Positions 9,572-19,230 of a stretch of DNA of 64,000 nt are shown piece after piece. Each line of letters begins with the position of its first letter. The first letter of the stretch is position 1. The notes under the pieces are model-generated. The model was not told the DNA's origin and ran no database searches. It worked only from the letters and a program-made list of their open reading frames with translations. Origin of the DNA: an uncultured Actinomycetota bacterium. GTDB taxonomy: Bacteria; Actinomycetota; Actinomycetes; Propionibacteriales; Nocardioidaceae. The translations under genes were made by a program, and so were the position numbers. The stretch lies in assembly GCA_963708885.1 (NCBI GenBank), contig CAVPUF010000003.1, positions 1,042,303 through 1,106,302 of the forward strand, written 5' to 3'.

Positions 9572-9925
9572 ACCGCTCGCGGGGCTCGCGACCCTCGCCA
9601 GAGGAGCCGCGCTAGCGCGGTCCGGTGGGCCATCGGTCCGACGCCGTCGCGACCTCGCAGGCTCGGTCGCGGGGCTCGCTCGACCTCCTCGCCAAAGGAG
9701 CCCGCGGCTACGCGCGGTCCGGTGGGGCTCATCGGTCTCGACACGCCCGTCGCGACCTCGCAGGCTCGGTCGCGGGGCTCGCTCGACCTCCTCGCCAGAA
9801 GGAGCCCGCGGCTACGCGCGGTCCGGTGGGGCTCATCGGTCTCGACACGCCCGTCGCGACCTCGCAGGCTCGGTCGCGGGGCTTGCTCGACCTCCTCGCC
9901 AGAAGGAGCCCGCGCTACGCGCGGT
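9572..9925. repeat. tandem repeat array, unit 103/104 bp, about 3.4 copies (first copy degenerate)
   Basis: Unit starts at 9646, 9749 and 9853 (GTCGCGACCTCGCAGGCTCGGTCGCGGGGCTCGCTCGACCTCCTCGCCAGAAGGAGCCCGCGGCTACGCGCGGTCCGGTGGGGCTCATCGGTCTCGACACGCCC). A diverged partial copy lies at 9572-9645. Each unit carries two GC-rich inverted repeats (CGCGACC..GGTCGCG and GAGCCC..GGGCTC). Confidence 0.9.
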
Positions 9926-10931
9926 CTCCTTCGCTCGGACCCCCGAACATGATCTCGTCCCAGCTCGGCACGGAGGCCCGGCCCCTGGTCTTCTTGACCG
10001 GCTTGCGCGAGGGCGGCTCGTGGGGGTGGTCTTCGTCGCGCCCGTCAGCGTCGTCGCTGTCGGTGGAGTCGCTGTCGGTGGAGTCGGAGTCGGCGGCGGG
10101 CACGACGGGCGTCGTGGCGGTGTCGTCGAGATCGTCGAGGTAGGCCTCGACCGGGGTCTCGGCGCCGAGCGCGGCGTTCTCCTCCTGCCGGGCGCGCGCC
10201 GTCTCGGGCTCGGGGTCCTCGCTGACCAGCTCGATGGCGTCCTCGCCGAGCGGCAGCTCGTCGGGGGGCACCGACGACAGTCGCCGGCGGCGGGCGGTCG
10301 AGAGGTCGTCCTGGGGCTCGACCGCGGCCTGCTCGGGTGCGTCGGCCACCTCTCCGAGCAGCCAGTGGGCGTCTTCGTCGTCGGCGACGACGTAGTTGCC
10401 GGGCCCGTCGAAGGAGTAGTGCGCGGCGCCGACCCGGCCGCTGGTGGTGTAGGAGGCGGTGAGGGTCCACCGGCCGTCCTCACGCCGCCAGGCGTCCCAG
10501 CTCACGGTCTCGGGATCGACGTTCCGCGAACGCAGGTGGCCGCCCACGGCGTCGCCGAGGGTGCGGGCCGACGAGCCGGGCGCGGTGCCCTCGCTGGGTC
10601 GGCGACGGATGGACGCGCGCTGGGCGCGCTGCGCGACGTGTGCCCGCTCGGCCAGCACCGGGGCGGCGTACGGCATCACCTTGTCGACCGACGTGCCGGC
10701 GACCTGGGCGACCGTCTCGGGGCTCTCCCCGGCCCGGATCCGCGCCTGGATGTCGCGCGGGCGAAGCGTTGAGTCCATCTGCATCTCCAACTGGACGAGC
10801 CGTGCCTGGTCGCCGCGAAGAGCGGCCCGGAGGCGGTCGTCGACGTCGACGGTGAACTCCACCCCTGCGTCGCTGACGAGCAGCAGCTTCGCGCCGTCCT
10901 CGCTCACCCCGGTGAGTCTGAGGTGCACCAT
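9915..10931 (-). CDS. sepH: septation protein SepH (DUF3071)
   Basis: N-terminus MVHLRLTGVSEDGAKLLLVSDAGVEFTVDVDDRLRAALRGD and an HTH-like ESPETVAQVAGTSVDKV. Acidic low-complexity middle, basic C-terminal tail. Confidence 0.8.
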   Translation of the reverse strand: MVHLRLTGVSEDGAKLLLVSDAGVEFTVDVDDRLRAALRGDQARLVQLEMQMDSTLRPRDIQARIRAGESPETVAQVAGTSVDKVMPYAAPVLAERAHVAQRAQRASIRRRPSEGTAPGSSARTLGDAVGGHLRSRNVDPETVSWDAWRREDGRWTLTASYTTSGRVGAAHYSFDGPGNYVVADDEDAHWLLGEVADAPEQAAVEPQDDLSTARRRRLSSVPPDELPLGEDAIELVSEDPEPETARARQEENAALGAETPVEAYLDDLDDTATTPVVPAADSDSTDSDSTDSDDADGRDEDHPHEPPSRKPVKKTRGRASVPSWDEIMFGGPSEGDRA

Positions 10932-11050
10932 GGGTCGCTTCGCTCCTGCCCTTCCTGCTCCGGTGCGGTCGAGCCTACGCCAGCGGGGCGCCTCGGCCCC
11001 GTTGCCGCCACGGCGCGCCTCGGCCCCTCTGACCTGCCTCGATCCTGCGT

Positions 11051-12361
11051 TCAGTCCCCCAGCACGCGACGCAGATAGGGGTTGGCGAACACCCGGTCGG
11101 GGTCCATCCGTTCGCGCAGGGCGAGGAACTCGCCGAAGCGGGGGTACGCCGGTGCGAGGTCCTCGGCCGTCCGGGTGTGCAGCTTGCCCCAGTGCGGCCG
11201 CCCGTCGTGCTCGCGCATCACCGCCTCCATCGCCTCGAGGTACGCCGTGTGGGTGCGCCAGTCGGAGCGGTGGTGCGTGTGGAACGCCAGGTAGAAGGAG
11301 TCGCGTCCGTAGGCCGTGGAGAGGGGGACGTCGTCCGCCCGTGCGACGCGGATCTCGACCGGGAAGCTGATCCGCCAGTCGGAGGCGTCGACGACGCGGC
11401 GAGCCTCGCGCAGCGCGTCGAGGCCGGCCTCGCGTGGCACGGCGTACTCCATCTCGCGGAAGACCACACGCCGCGGCGAGGTGAAGACCCGGTGAGCCAC
11501 GTCGCTGTAGGTGCGCGCCGAGAGGGCCCGCGCCGACACCTGGTTCATCCGCGGGATCACCCGCGGAGCCCGGTTCGCCGCGGCCGTGAGCGCGCCGAAG
11601 ACCGTGTTGGACAGCAGCTCGTCGTCGAGCCAGCCGCGCACCCGCGAGAGGGGCCGGGCCTCCGCCGGGTCGGCGTCGAGCCGGGTGTTGCGCTTGGCCA
11701 GCATCCGGTCGGTGTGGGGGAACCAGTACATGTCGCAGTGGTGGCTGGTCGCGACCATCTCGTCGAACGAGCCGAGGGCCTCGTCCCAGCTCATCGGCTG
11801 CTCCTCGGCCTCGAGCAGGAACAGGGGCTCGACGGCGAAGGTGACCGTGGTCAGGATCCCCAGCGCGCCGAGGCCCACCCGGGCGAGGTCGAAGACGTCC
11901 TGGTTGGTCCCGGGTGACGCGTCGAGGACCTCGCCGGTCCCCGTCACCAGCTGCAGCCCGGCCAGCTGGGCGGCCAGCCCGGCGGTCACCCCGCCGGTGC
12001 CGTGGGTCCCCGTGGAGACCGCGCCCGCCAGGGTCTGCTCGGCGATGTCGCCCATGTTGTGCAGCGACAGCCCGAGCCGCTCGAGCTCGTGGTTGAGCTC
12101 GCTCAGGCGCGTCCCCGCGAACGCGGTCACCGTCAGGGCCTCGCGGTCCACGGCGACGATCCCGCTCAGCTGCTGGGGGAGCAGCAGCGCGTCCTCGGGA
12201 GCCGCGATGCCCGTGAAGCTGTGGCCGCTACCGACCATCTTCACGGTCGAGCCACCCCGCTGCGCCGCGGTCACGGCGTCCACGACCTCGGCCACCGACC
12301 GGGGACTGCTCACGGAGCGGGGCTCGGTGGACTCCAGTCCCGACCAGTTCTGCCAGTGCAC
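11051..12361 (-). CDS. FAD-linked D-arabinono-1,4-lactone / L-gulonolactone oxidase family
   Basis: 436-aa ORF: NWSG..., VKMVGSGHSFT (FAD-binding PCMH type), C-terminal HWGK..., ALO-domain layout. Confidence 0.85.
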   Translation of the reverse strand: MHWQNWSGLESTEPRSVSSPRSVAEVVDAVTAAQRGGSTVKMVGSGHSFTGIAAPEDALLLPQQLSGIVAVDREALTVTAFAGTRLSELNHELERLGLSLHNMGDIAEQTLAGAVSTGTHGTGGVTAGLAAQLAGLQLVTGTGEVLDASPGTNQDVFDLARVGLGALGILTTVTFAVEPLFLLEAEEQPMSWDEALGSFDEMVATSHHCDMYWFPHTDRMLAKRNTRLDADPAEARPLSRVRGWLDDELLSNTVFGALTAAANRAPRVIPRMNQVSARALSARTYSDVAHRVFTSPRRVVFREMEYAVPREAGLDALREARRVVDASDWRISFPVEIRVARADDVPLSTAYGRDSFYLAFHTHHRSDWRTHTAYLEAMEAVMREHDGRPHWGKLHTRTAEDLAPAYPRFGEFLALRERMDPDRVFANPYLRRVLGD

Positions 12362-12371
12362 GCGTCGTAGC

Positions 12372-13580
12372 CTAGAGAGACACGCCCTCGGCGGGTGAGG
12401 CGGATGGCTCGGTGCGGAGCGCGAGGGCGGCGATCGCCGCGACGACGCCCGCGCCCAGGGCCACGAGGTACGACGCGGAGGCGCCCCTGGCGTCGATGAC
12501 CAGGCCCGCCAGCGCGGCGCCCGGAGCCAGGCCGGCGGCGATCCCGGTGTGCATGATCGCGATGCCCTCGGTGAGCCGGGGGGCCGGCACCATCTGCTCG
12601 GTGGCCGCCATGGAGGCGATCAGCGTGGGAGCGATGGCGAACCCCGCGACGAACAGGGCGAGACCCATGACCGGCATCGAGCCGACGAAGGACATCGGCA
12701 GCATCACGAGGGCGAGGCACACCGTGCCCACGCGAACCCGGTACGACGGTCCGCGCCGCCACCGGAAGGTCCCCGTCACCAGGCCCGCGATCAGGCTCCC
12801 CAGAGCCCACAGCGCCAGGAGGACGCCGGCGTAGGCCTTGGCGTGCTGCTCGCTGGAGAAGGCGACCGTGCTCACCTCGGCCGCGGCGAACATCGACCCG
12901 AGGGCGACGCACACGACGGCGAGCGGGACGACGGTGGCCCAGGGCATGCCGGGGCGCGCGCCGGTCACGTGGTCGGGAGGGTGCGGATCCGGCTGCGTGC
13001 TCCGCTGGGCGGCGAGGGCCAGCGTCCCGACCAACCCGGTCAGGAGGGCGAGACCGAGCCCCGCCCACGGGTGCCAGGTGGTCGCGAGCACGGTCGCCAC
13101 CGTGGGGCCGATCATGAAGATCGCCTCGTCGATCACCGACTCCAGGGCGTACGCCGTCTGGACCTGGACGGGGTGGCCGGTCAGCACGTGGGACCAGCGG
13201 GCGCGGACGCACGAGCCGATCGGCGGGTACGCCGCTCCCGCCAGGGCAGCGCCGACGAACGCCACCAGGTCTGGCCACCCGGACTCGAGGGACACGACGA
13301 GGAGGACGATCGATCCGGCGAAGACGGTGGCGGCCACCGGCAGCACCCGGGCCTGACCGAGCCGGTCCAGCAGTCGGCCCTGCACGATCGCCAGGCCGCC
13401 GTTGGCGATCGTGTACGCCGCGGAGAGCGCGCCGGCGAGCCCGTAGGAGCGGCCGAGCCCGCTCACCAGCAGCACGATCCCGAGGGTGTCGATCGAGATG
13501 GGCAGCCGCGCCAGCATGGCGGTGGCGCTGAACCGCAGGGCACCTGGACGGCTCAGAACGGCGCGGTAGCGGGTGAACAT
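12372..13580 (-). CDS. MFS transporter (12-TM)
   Basis: Only the C-terminal 402 codons of the 776-aa ORF (from [17 protein letters not shown]) are hydrophobic and MFS-like. The upstream part is antisense to ferrochelatase. Confidence 0.8.
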   Translation of the reverse strand: MFTRYRAVLSRPGALRFSATAMLARLPISIDTLGIVLLVSGLGRSYGLAGALSAAYTIANGGLAIVQGRLLDRLGQARVLPVAATVFAGSIVLLVVSLESGWPDLVAFVGAALAGAAYPPIGSCVRARWSHVLTGHPVQVQTAYALESVIDEAIFMIGPTVATVLATTWHPWAGLGLALLTGLVGTLALAAQRSTQPDPHPPDHVTGARPGMPWATVVPLAVVCVALGSMFAAAEVSTVAFSSEQHAKAYAGVLLALWALGSLIAGLVTGTFRWRRGPSYRVRVGTVCLALVMLPMSFVGSMPVMGLALFVAGFAIAPTLIASMAATEQMVPAPRLTEGIAIMHTGIAAGLAPGAALAGLVIDARGASASYLVALGAGVVAAIAALALRTEPSASPAEGVSL

Positions 13581-13610
13581 GGCCTCGCGAGCGTAGGGCA
13601 CGATGGACGC

Positions 13611-14690
13611 ATGGATCGCGCCGACGTCACGCCGTACGACGCCGTCCTGCTGGTGTCGTTCGGCGGCCCCGACCGTCCCGAGGATGTCGTCCCCTTCCTG
13701 GAGAACGTCACCCGCGGCCGGGGGATCCCCCGCGCGCGTCTGGAGGAGGTGGGGGAGCACTACTTCCTGCTCGGCGGGAAGTCGCCGATCAACGACCTCA
13801 ACCGCTCCCTGATGGACGCGATCCGCGCTGACCTCGGCGCGCACGGCATCGACCTCCCGGTCTACTGGGGCAACCGCAACTGGGACCCCTACCTGACGGA
13901 CACGGTCGCCGCGATGGCGAGGGACGGGGTGACCCGGGTGGCCTGCTTCACCACGAGCGCCTACTCGTCGTACTCCTCGTGCCGGCAGTACCGCGAGGAC
14001 CTCGCCGACGCGGACGTCGAGGGCGGCCCGCGGCTCGACCGCCTCCGGTCGTACTACAACCACCCCGGCTTCCTCGATCCCGTCGTCGACGCGGTCGTGC
14101 GGGCGACCGAGGACCGGCCCCGGGCTCGGTTGGTGTTCGTGACGCACTCGATCCCCGAGGCCATGAACGACGCCAGCGGCCCCCAGGGAGGCGCCTACCT
14201 CGCCCAGCACCGCAACGCAGCGGCGTACGTCGCCGCGCGTGCGGCGGTCGCGGGCGGCCGCGACCTGGAGCACGACCTGGTGTTCTGCTCGAGGTCGGGG
14301 CCGCCCCAGGTGCCCTGGCTCGAGCCCGACGTCAACGACCACCTCGAGAAGCTGGCTGCCGACGGTGTCAGGTCCGTGGTGATCGTCCCGATCGGCTTCG
14401 TCTCCGACCACATGGAGGTCGTCTACGACCTCGACACCGAGGCGATGGCCACGGCCGCGCGGCTGGGGCTCGACGCGGTGCGGGTGCCCACCTCCGGGAC
14501 CGACGCCCGCTTCGTGGCCATGGTCCGCGAGCTCCTGGTCGAACGCGCGGCCGTCGAACGCGGCGAGGATGTCGAGCGGGTGGCCGTCGGAGGTGACCCG
14601 GCGTGCTGGGACCTGTGTGCGGCCGGCTGCTGCCCCAACCCGCGCGGTCCCAGGCCGGCCCTCGGCGGCACACCGGGCGGACCCGCGTGA
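13611..14690 (+). CDS. hemH: ferrochelatase (actinobacterial coproporphyrin type with Cys-rich C-terminus)
   Basis: [46 protein letters not shown]-terminal [11 protein letters not shown] cysteine cluster. Confidence 0.9.
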   Translation: MDRADVTPYDAVLLVSFGGPDRPEDVVPFLENVTRGRGIPRARLEEVGEHYFLLGGKSPINDLNRSLMDAIRADLGAHGIDLPVYWGNRNWDPYLTDTVAAMARDGVTRVACFTTSAYSSYSSCRQYREDLADADVEGGPRLDRLRSYYNHPGFLDPVVDAVVRATEDRPRARLVFVTHSIPEAMNDASGPQGGAYLAQHRNAAAYVAARAAVAGGRDLEHDLVFCSRSGPPQVPWLEPDVNDHLEKLAADGVRSVVIVPIGFVSDHMEVVYDLDTEAMATAARLGLDAVRVPTSGTDARFVAMVRELLVERAAVERGEDVERVAVGGDPACWDLCAAGCCPNPRGPRPALGGTPGGPA

Positions 14691-15517
14691 CGCCTCCCAC
14701 ACCGGACGAGCTCAGGGACCTGGGGCTCGCCGTCGCGCGCGAGGCCGGCGAGCTGGTCGTCCGCCTGCGCCGCGACGGCGTCGAGGTCGCGGGCACGAAG
14801 TCGAGCGCCATCGACATCGTCACCGAGGCCGACCGTGCCTCCGAGCGGCTGGTCCGCGAGCGGCTCCTGGCAGCCCGCCCCGACGACGGGATGGTGGGGG
14901 AGGAGGGGAGTGAGCTCACCGGGACCAGCGGGGTCGTCTGGATCGTCGATCCCATCGACGGCACGGTGAACTACCTCTACGGACTGCCCCACTTCGCCGT
15001 CAGCATCGCGGCGGAGCTCGACGGGGACGTCGTGGCCGGCGTGGTGGTCGCGCCGGTGCTCGGCCTCGAGTACGTCGCGACCTCGGGCGGCGGCGCCACC
15101 TGCAACGGGCAGCCGGTGCACACCCGCCCCGTCGTACCCCTGGCGGAGCGGCTGGTCGGAACGGGCTTCAGCTACGAGCAGCCGGCGCGCACCCGGCAGG
15201 CGGGGTACCTGGCACAGCTCCTCCCACGGATCCGCGACATCCGACGGCTCGGGTCCTGCGCCCTGGATCTCTGCGCCGTGGCCTCCGGGCTGCTGGACGC
15301 CTACGTCGAGGAGGGAGCCCACATCTGGGACCACGCGGCGGCCGGCCTGGTGGTGGCCGAGGCCGGAGGGACCCTCGAGGTGACCCGCTCCCCGGTGGGC
15401 AAGCGGCTCCTGGTCTGCGCCCCGGTCGACGGCTTCGACGAGTTCCGTGCAGCCGTCGTCGATGCGGGATTCGTCCGCGGTGAGGGACCCGATCGGGGTA
15501 CGTACGTGGGGGAATAG
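14687..15517 (+). CDS. inositol monophosphatase family protein
   Basis: [28 protein letters not shown] motifs. GTG start overlaps the hemH stop (GTGA). Confidence 0.85.
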   Translation: MTPPTPDELRDLGLAVAREAGELVVRLRRDGVEVAGTKSSAIDIVTEADRASERLVRERLLAARPDDGMVGEEGSELTGTSGVVWIVDPIDGTVNYLYGLPHFAVSIAAELDGDVVAGVVVAPVLGLEYVATSGGGATCNGQPVHTRPVVPLAERLVGTGFSYEQPARTRQAGYLAQLLPRIRDIRRLGSCALDLCAVASGLLDAYVEEGAHIWDHAAAGLVVAEAGGTLEVTRSPVGKRLLVCAPVDGFDEFRAAVVDAGFVRGEGPDRGTYVGE

Positions 15518-15649
15518 CACCGGTTCACGCGCTGTTCATGAGACACAGCGCTCCAGAAGGTGCAGTCCGTACGGGCATGGTGCACAATCTGGCGCGCCGA
15601 CGAGCGGCGCCGGGTGAGACCGGCGCAGGATGGGGAGAGAGCACACCGC

Positions 15650-15940
15650 ATGGCCACCGACTACGACGCACCTCGCAAGAACGAGGAAGACCAGTCCGAA
15701 GAGAGCATCGAAGAGCTCAAGGCGCGTCGGCACGACAAGAACTCCGGCAAGGTCGACGAGGACGAGGCGGAGGCCGCCGAGTCCTTCGAGCTGCCTGGTG
15801 CCGACCTGTCCCACGAAGAGCTGGCCGTCGAGGTGATGCCGCGCCAGGAGGACGAGTTCACGTGCATGAGCTGCTTCCTGGTCCATCACCGCAGCCAGCT
15901 GGCGGACGCCAGGAAGCTGATCTGTCGCGACTGCGCCTGA
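15650..15940 (+). CDS. DUF4193 family protein
   Basis: MATDYDAPRKNEEDQSEESIEELK...EFTCMSCFLVHHRSQLA...ICRDCA, a characteristic actinobacterial small protein. Confidence 0.8.
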   Translation: MATDYDAPRKNEEDQSEESIEELKARRHDKNSGKVDEDEAEAAESFELPGADLSHEELAVEVMPRQEDEFTCMSCFLVHHRSQLADARKLICRDCA

Positions 15941-15945
15941 AACAG

Positions 15946-15971
15946 GCCGGCGCCTGACCTCAGGCGCCGGC
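15946..15971 (+). terminator. perfect 12-bp-arm inverted repeat after the DUF4193 gene
   Basis: GCCGGCGCCTGA (15946-15957) and TCAGGCGCCGGC (15960-15971), 5 nt after the stop. Confidence 0.55.
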
Positions 15972-15988
15972 TCCGAGAGGCACCGACG

Positions 15989-16033
15989 CACGACGAGTGA
16001 GCCCGCCCGGAACACCGGGCGGGCTTCGTCGTG
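15989..16033 (-). terminator. long GC-rich hairpin downstream of the DUF4235 gene
   Basis: CACGACGA-(GTG bulge)-AGCCCGCCCGG, loop AACA, CCGGGCGGGCT-TCGTCGTG. About 19 bp paired; lies 22 nt past the stop at 16055. Confidence 0.55.
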
Positions 16034-16054
16034 TCCGGGCGACGTGGCCCGGGA

Positions 16055-16342
16055 TCAGTCCTTCTGCAGCTGAGGGGGCAGGTGACCGGCCGACTTCTCG
16101 TAGTAGCCGGCGGCCCGGCGCTGGGCCAGCATCCGGGCCAGGGCGACGAAGGTGCCGCTCACGACCGCCCACGCGACGGCCTCGCCCATCTTCACGTCGG
16201 GGTCGGCGGGGTTCTCGGGCGGGTGCTTGCCGGTCGCGGCCTTCCAGCCCGCGTCCAGGGCCTTCTTGGCCACCGCCGCCGCGGCGAGCGCGGAGATGAG
16301 GGAGAAGACGGTCCACAGCCTGCTGGAGCCGGAGTCAGCCAT
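16055..16342 (-). CDS. DUF4235 domain protein
   Basis: 95-aa ORF MADSGSSRLWTVFSLISALAAAAVAKKALDAGWKAATGK.., two amphipathic/hydrophobic helices. Confidence 0.7.
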   Translation of the reverse strand: MADSGSSRLWTVFSLISALAAAAVAKKALDAGWKAATGKHPPENPADPDVKMGEAVAWAVVSGTFVALARMLAQRRAAGYYEKSAGHLPPQLQKD

Positions 16343-16351
16343 GCGGGCAGG

Positions 16352-16858
16352 TTACCGCGAGCCGCCGGTGCCTGAGATCACCCGGATGGCGGCGGCGAGG
16401 TGCTCGGGGTCGCGCGTGCTCAGCAGCCAGTACGGCGCGGGGTCGCGGTCGTCGCACACGGTCACCCGCACCGCGCGCTTGAGGTAGGGGCGGATCAGGA
16501 GGTAGGCCCGGGCATCGGCGTCGGGACCGGCCACGCGTCGCGTCGCCGCCGGGTCCAGCGGCTCGGCTCCGCCGAGGAACTCCCCGGGGATCCGGGCGCG
16601 GCCGGCCCGGAGCCAGCCGTCCTCCACCTCGACGCGAGGGGACCCGTAGCCGCGGAACAGGGCGACCATCGCCAGGACCAGGACAGCCGTGGCCGACCAC
16701 GCGACGACGGCCGGCGTCGCCACCACGAAGGCCAGCCAGAAGGTGGCGATCAGCATCGTCCCCTGCACCCACCACCGCAGCGGCACGCTGAGCCGCTCGT
16801 GATGGCCGACGGGCTGTCCCGCCCCGAGGTCGGCGCGGGGTTCGGAGGTGTCCGGCAC
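16352..16858 (-). CDS. DUF3093 domain protein (membrane)
   Basis: 168-aa ORF with two N-terminal TM helices, then [21 protein letters not shown]...AYLLIRPY. Confidence 0.7.
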   Translation of the reverse strand: MPDTSEPRADLGAGQPVGHHERLSVPLRWWVQGTMLIATFWLAFVVATPAVVAWSATAVLVLAMVALFRGYGSPRVEVEDGWLRAGRARIPGEFLGGAEPLDPAATRRVAGPDADARAYLLIRPYLKRAVRVTVCDDRDPAPYWLLSTRDPEHLAAAIRVISGTGGSR

Positions 16859-16910
16859 AGGGCACAGCCAACCATCCGGCTCCGGGCCGGCTCGGGATAG
16901 GGTCCGGCAC

Positions 16911-17405
16911 GTGCCAGATCACGCCGCGGAGCCCGGCCTGCCGGTCGCCGTCGTCCGGCTCGACCGTGGCCTTCCCCTCCCGTCGTACGCCCACCCGGGC
17001 GACGCGGGGGCGGACCTGATGACGACCGTGGACCTGACCCTCGCTCCCGGCGAGCGGGCCCTCGTGCCGACCGGTGTCTCGATCGCGCTGCCCGAGGGGT
17101 ACGTCGCCCTGGTCCATCCGCGCTCGGGCCTCGCGGCTCGGCACGGCCTGTCGATCGTGAACACCCCGGGCACCATCGACGCGGGCTACCGCGGCGAGAT
17201 CAAGGTGCTGTTGGTCAACCACGACCGCACCCAGCCGGTCGAGCTCCGCCGCGGTGACCGGGTCGCCCAGCTCGTCGTGCAGCGGTTCGAGCGCGCGGTG
17301 TTCACGGAGGTGGACGCCCTGCCCGAGTCCGTCCGCGGCGCCGGGGGATACGGTTCAACGGGAGTCGAGAGTCCCGCAGAGGTCGAGAGCTGGGAGACGC
17401 ACTGA
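16911..17405 (+). CDS. dut: dUTP diphosphatase
   Basis: [42 protein letters not shown] motifs. GTG 16911 chosen as start. Confidence 0.9.
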   Translation: MPDHAAEPGLPVAVVRLDRGLPLPSYAHPGDAGADLMTTVDLTLAPGERALVPTGVSIALPEGYVALVHPRSGLAARHGLSIVNTPGTIDAGYRGEIKVLLVNHDRTQPVELRRGDRVAQLVVQRFERAVFTEVDALPESVRGAGGYGSTGVESPAEVESWETH

Positions 17406-18034
17406 TGTTCCGCCGGAGGTCGCGCGAGGAGCCGGACGAGCCCGAGGAGGCCGCCGTCCCCGAGGGCGAGGAGCCGGAGGCACCGGACCAGGGACCGTGG
17501 GACTCCGACGACGTCCCGGACGACGGGTACGACCGGGTCGACCTGGGATCGCTCCGAGTCGCTCCCATCGAGGGCGCCGAGCTGAGACTCCAGGTGGACG
17601 AGCAGACCGGTGAGGTCCAGTCCGTGATGCTCGCCGGCGAGGACGGCGGGATCGAGCTGCGCGCGTTCGCCGCGCCCCGCAACGGGGACCTCTGGGCCGA
17701 GGTGCGTCCCCAGATCGCCGCCGACGTGGCCCAGCACGGCGGCACCGCGACCGAGCGTGAGGGGCGCTGGGGCGTCGAGCTGGTGTGCCAGATGCAGGTC
17801 CTGATGCCCGACGGCACCCAGGCCATGCAGCCGTCCCGGATCGCGGGGGTCAACGGCCCGCGCTGGCTGCTCCGGGCCACCTTCCTGGGCCGGCCGGCCG
17901 TCGAGCCGGACGACGCCCAGGCCTGGGAGGACGCGCTCGCCGCGGTCGTCGTACACCGCGGGGGACATGCCATGCCCGTCGGCGACGCCCTGCCCCTGGT
18001 GCTGCCCGACGACGCCCAGCAGCTGCCGCAGTGA
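17405..18034 (+). CDS. DUF3710 domain protein
   Basis: 209-aa ORF. Acidic N-terminus, GPWDSDDVPDDGYDRVDLGSLRV, LRAFAAPRNGDLWAEVR. ATG overlaps the dut stop (TGATG). Confidence 0.75.
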   Translation: MFRRRSREEPDEPEEAAVPEGEEPEAPDQGPWDSDDVPDDGYDRVDLGSLRVAPIEGAELRLQVDEQTGEVQSVMLAGEDGGIELRAFAAPRNGDLWAEVRPQIAADVAQHGGTATEREGRWGVELVCQMQVLMPDGTQAMQPSRIAGVNGPRWLLRATFLGRPAVEPDDAQAWEDALAAVVVHRGGHAMPVGDALPLVLPDDAQQLPQ

Positions 18035-18110
18035 CCCGCGGCCCGTATTCCTGAGCACGTCACACCGGCCGGGGATACGGCACGGCGCCCTTCCGGCCTA
18101 GGCTGGAGAC

Positions 18111-18473
18111 ATGGGCGAGAAGAGCAAGCTGCGGCGATCCATCAGCAAGTGGGCCAACGCCGACGACATGCACGCCCGCGAGCTGCGCCAGACGACGCGT
18201 GCGGGGCAGTGCGACCTGATCGCCGACTGTGAGGACCGCAAGCCGGTCCGGCTGCGCGGCACGCTCAAGACCGTGACGCTCCGGCCGCGGGGCGGCGTGC
18301 CGGCCCTCGAGGCGGAGCTCTTCGACGGGTCCGACACCCTGGTCCTGGTCTGGCTCGGCCGTCGCGAGATCGCGGCGATCTCGCCGGGGCGCTCGCTGGA
18401 GGTGCAGGGCCGGATCGGTCGCCACGGCGGAGACCGGATCATCTACAACCCGCGCTACCAGCTTCTCCCATGA
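18111..18473 (+). CDS. OB-fold nucleic-acid-binding domain protein
   Basis: 120-aa ORF with VRLRGTLKTVTLRPRGGVPALEAELFDGSDTLVLVWLGRREI.. Conserved neighbour of DUF3710/DUF3159 genes. Confidence 0.7.
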   Translation: MGEKSKLRRSISKWANADDMHARELRQTTRAGQCDLIADCEDRKPVRLRGTLKTVTLRPRGGVPALEAELFDGSDTLVLVWLGRREIAAISPGRSLEVQGRIGRHGGDRIIYNPRYQLLP

Positions 18474-18522
18474 GCACCCGACGACGCTGCTCGCTCCGCT
18501 CGCACCGCCGCAGGGACCCCGC

Positions 18523-19230
18523 GTGACGGGTACGGCCACGACGGACACCGTCGAGTCCCTCGTACGACGACAGCTCGGCCAGGCGCTCGGCGGCCGACGC
18601 GGCATGGTCGAGGCCGCGGTCCCGACCCTGACGTTCACGATCTGCTGGCTGGTGACGCGCGACCTCCGGATCGCCCTGGTGGCGAGCGTCGGCGTGGCGG
18701 TGCTCGAGCTGGCCGTGCGGCTGGTCCAGCGGTCGACCGTGAAGTTCTGCGTCAACGCCCTGATCGGCATCGCGATCGGGTGGTTCTTCGTGCACCTGTC
18801 CGCGAGCCGCGGCGGCAGCGCCGACGACCAGGCCCTGGCCTACTTCCTCCCCGGGCTGCTCTACAACACGGCGTACGCCGTGGTCATCGGGCTGACCTGC
18901 GTGGTCCGGTGGCCGCTCGTCGGGTTCATGATCGGCAGCGTCACCGGCGACCCGACCGCCTGGCACGCGGACCGCCAGGTGGTGCGGCTGTGCACGCGCC
19001 TGACCTGGCTGCTGGTGCTGCCGTGCGCCGTCCGGGCGCTGGTGCAGGGCCCGATCTGGCTCGCCGGCCACTCCGGCAGCGTCTCGGCGAACACCGCCGT
19101 GGCGTCGTTGGGGGTGCTGAAGATCGTCATGGGCTGGCCGCTCCAGCTCGCGGCCCTGGGGGCGATGTCGTGGGTGCTGGGACGCAACCACACGCCGCTC
19201 GAGGTCACTCCCGCGGGCGATCCGGGCTGA
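18523..19230 (+). CDS. DUF3159 domain membrane protein
   Basis: 235-aa polytopic ORF in the conserved position between the OB-fold gene and trkA. Confidence 0.7.
   Translation: MTGTATTDTVESLVRRQLGQALGGRRGMVEAAVPTLTFTICWLVTRDLRIALVASVGVAVLELAVRLVQRSTVKFCVNALIGIAIGWFFVHLSASRGGSADDQALAYFLPGLLYNTAYAVVIGLTCVVRWPLVGFMIGSVTGDPTAWHADRQVVRLCTRLTWLLVLPCAVRALVQGPIWLAGHSGSVSANTAVASLGVLKIVMGWPLQLAALGAMSWVLGRNHTPLEVTPAGDPG

Noticed and set aside
9572-9925. Possible CRISPR array
   Set aside because: The units are contiguous 103/104-bp repeats with no unique spacers and no cas genes, so this is a tandem repeat and not a CRISPR.
7338-10772. 1144-aa ORF on the plus strand
   Set aside because: It is antisense to the clearly real acyl-CoA reductase and sepH genes. 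Composition is Arg/Gly/Asp/Val-rich with no recognisable motifs. This is the typical long shadow ORF of a high-GC genome.
10988-11027. Direct repeat GCGCCTCGGCCCC x2 upstream of sepH
   Set aside because: It is a short 13-nt GC-rich repeat in GC-rich DNA, not distinguishable from chance without statistics.
13581-14702. N-terminal half of the 776-aa minus-strand ORF
   Set aside because: It is antisense to ferrochelatase. The MFS gene starts at the internal MFTRYRAV (13580).
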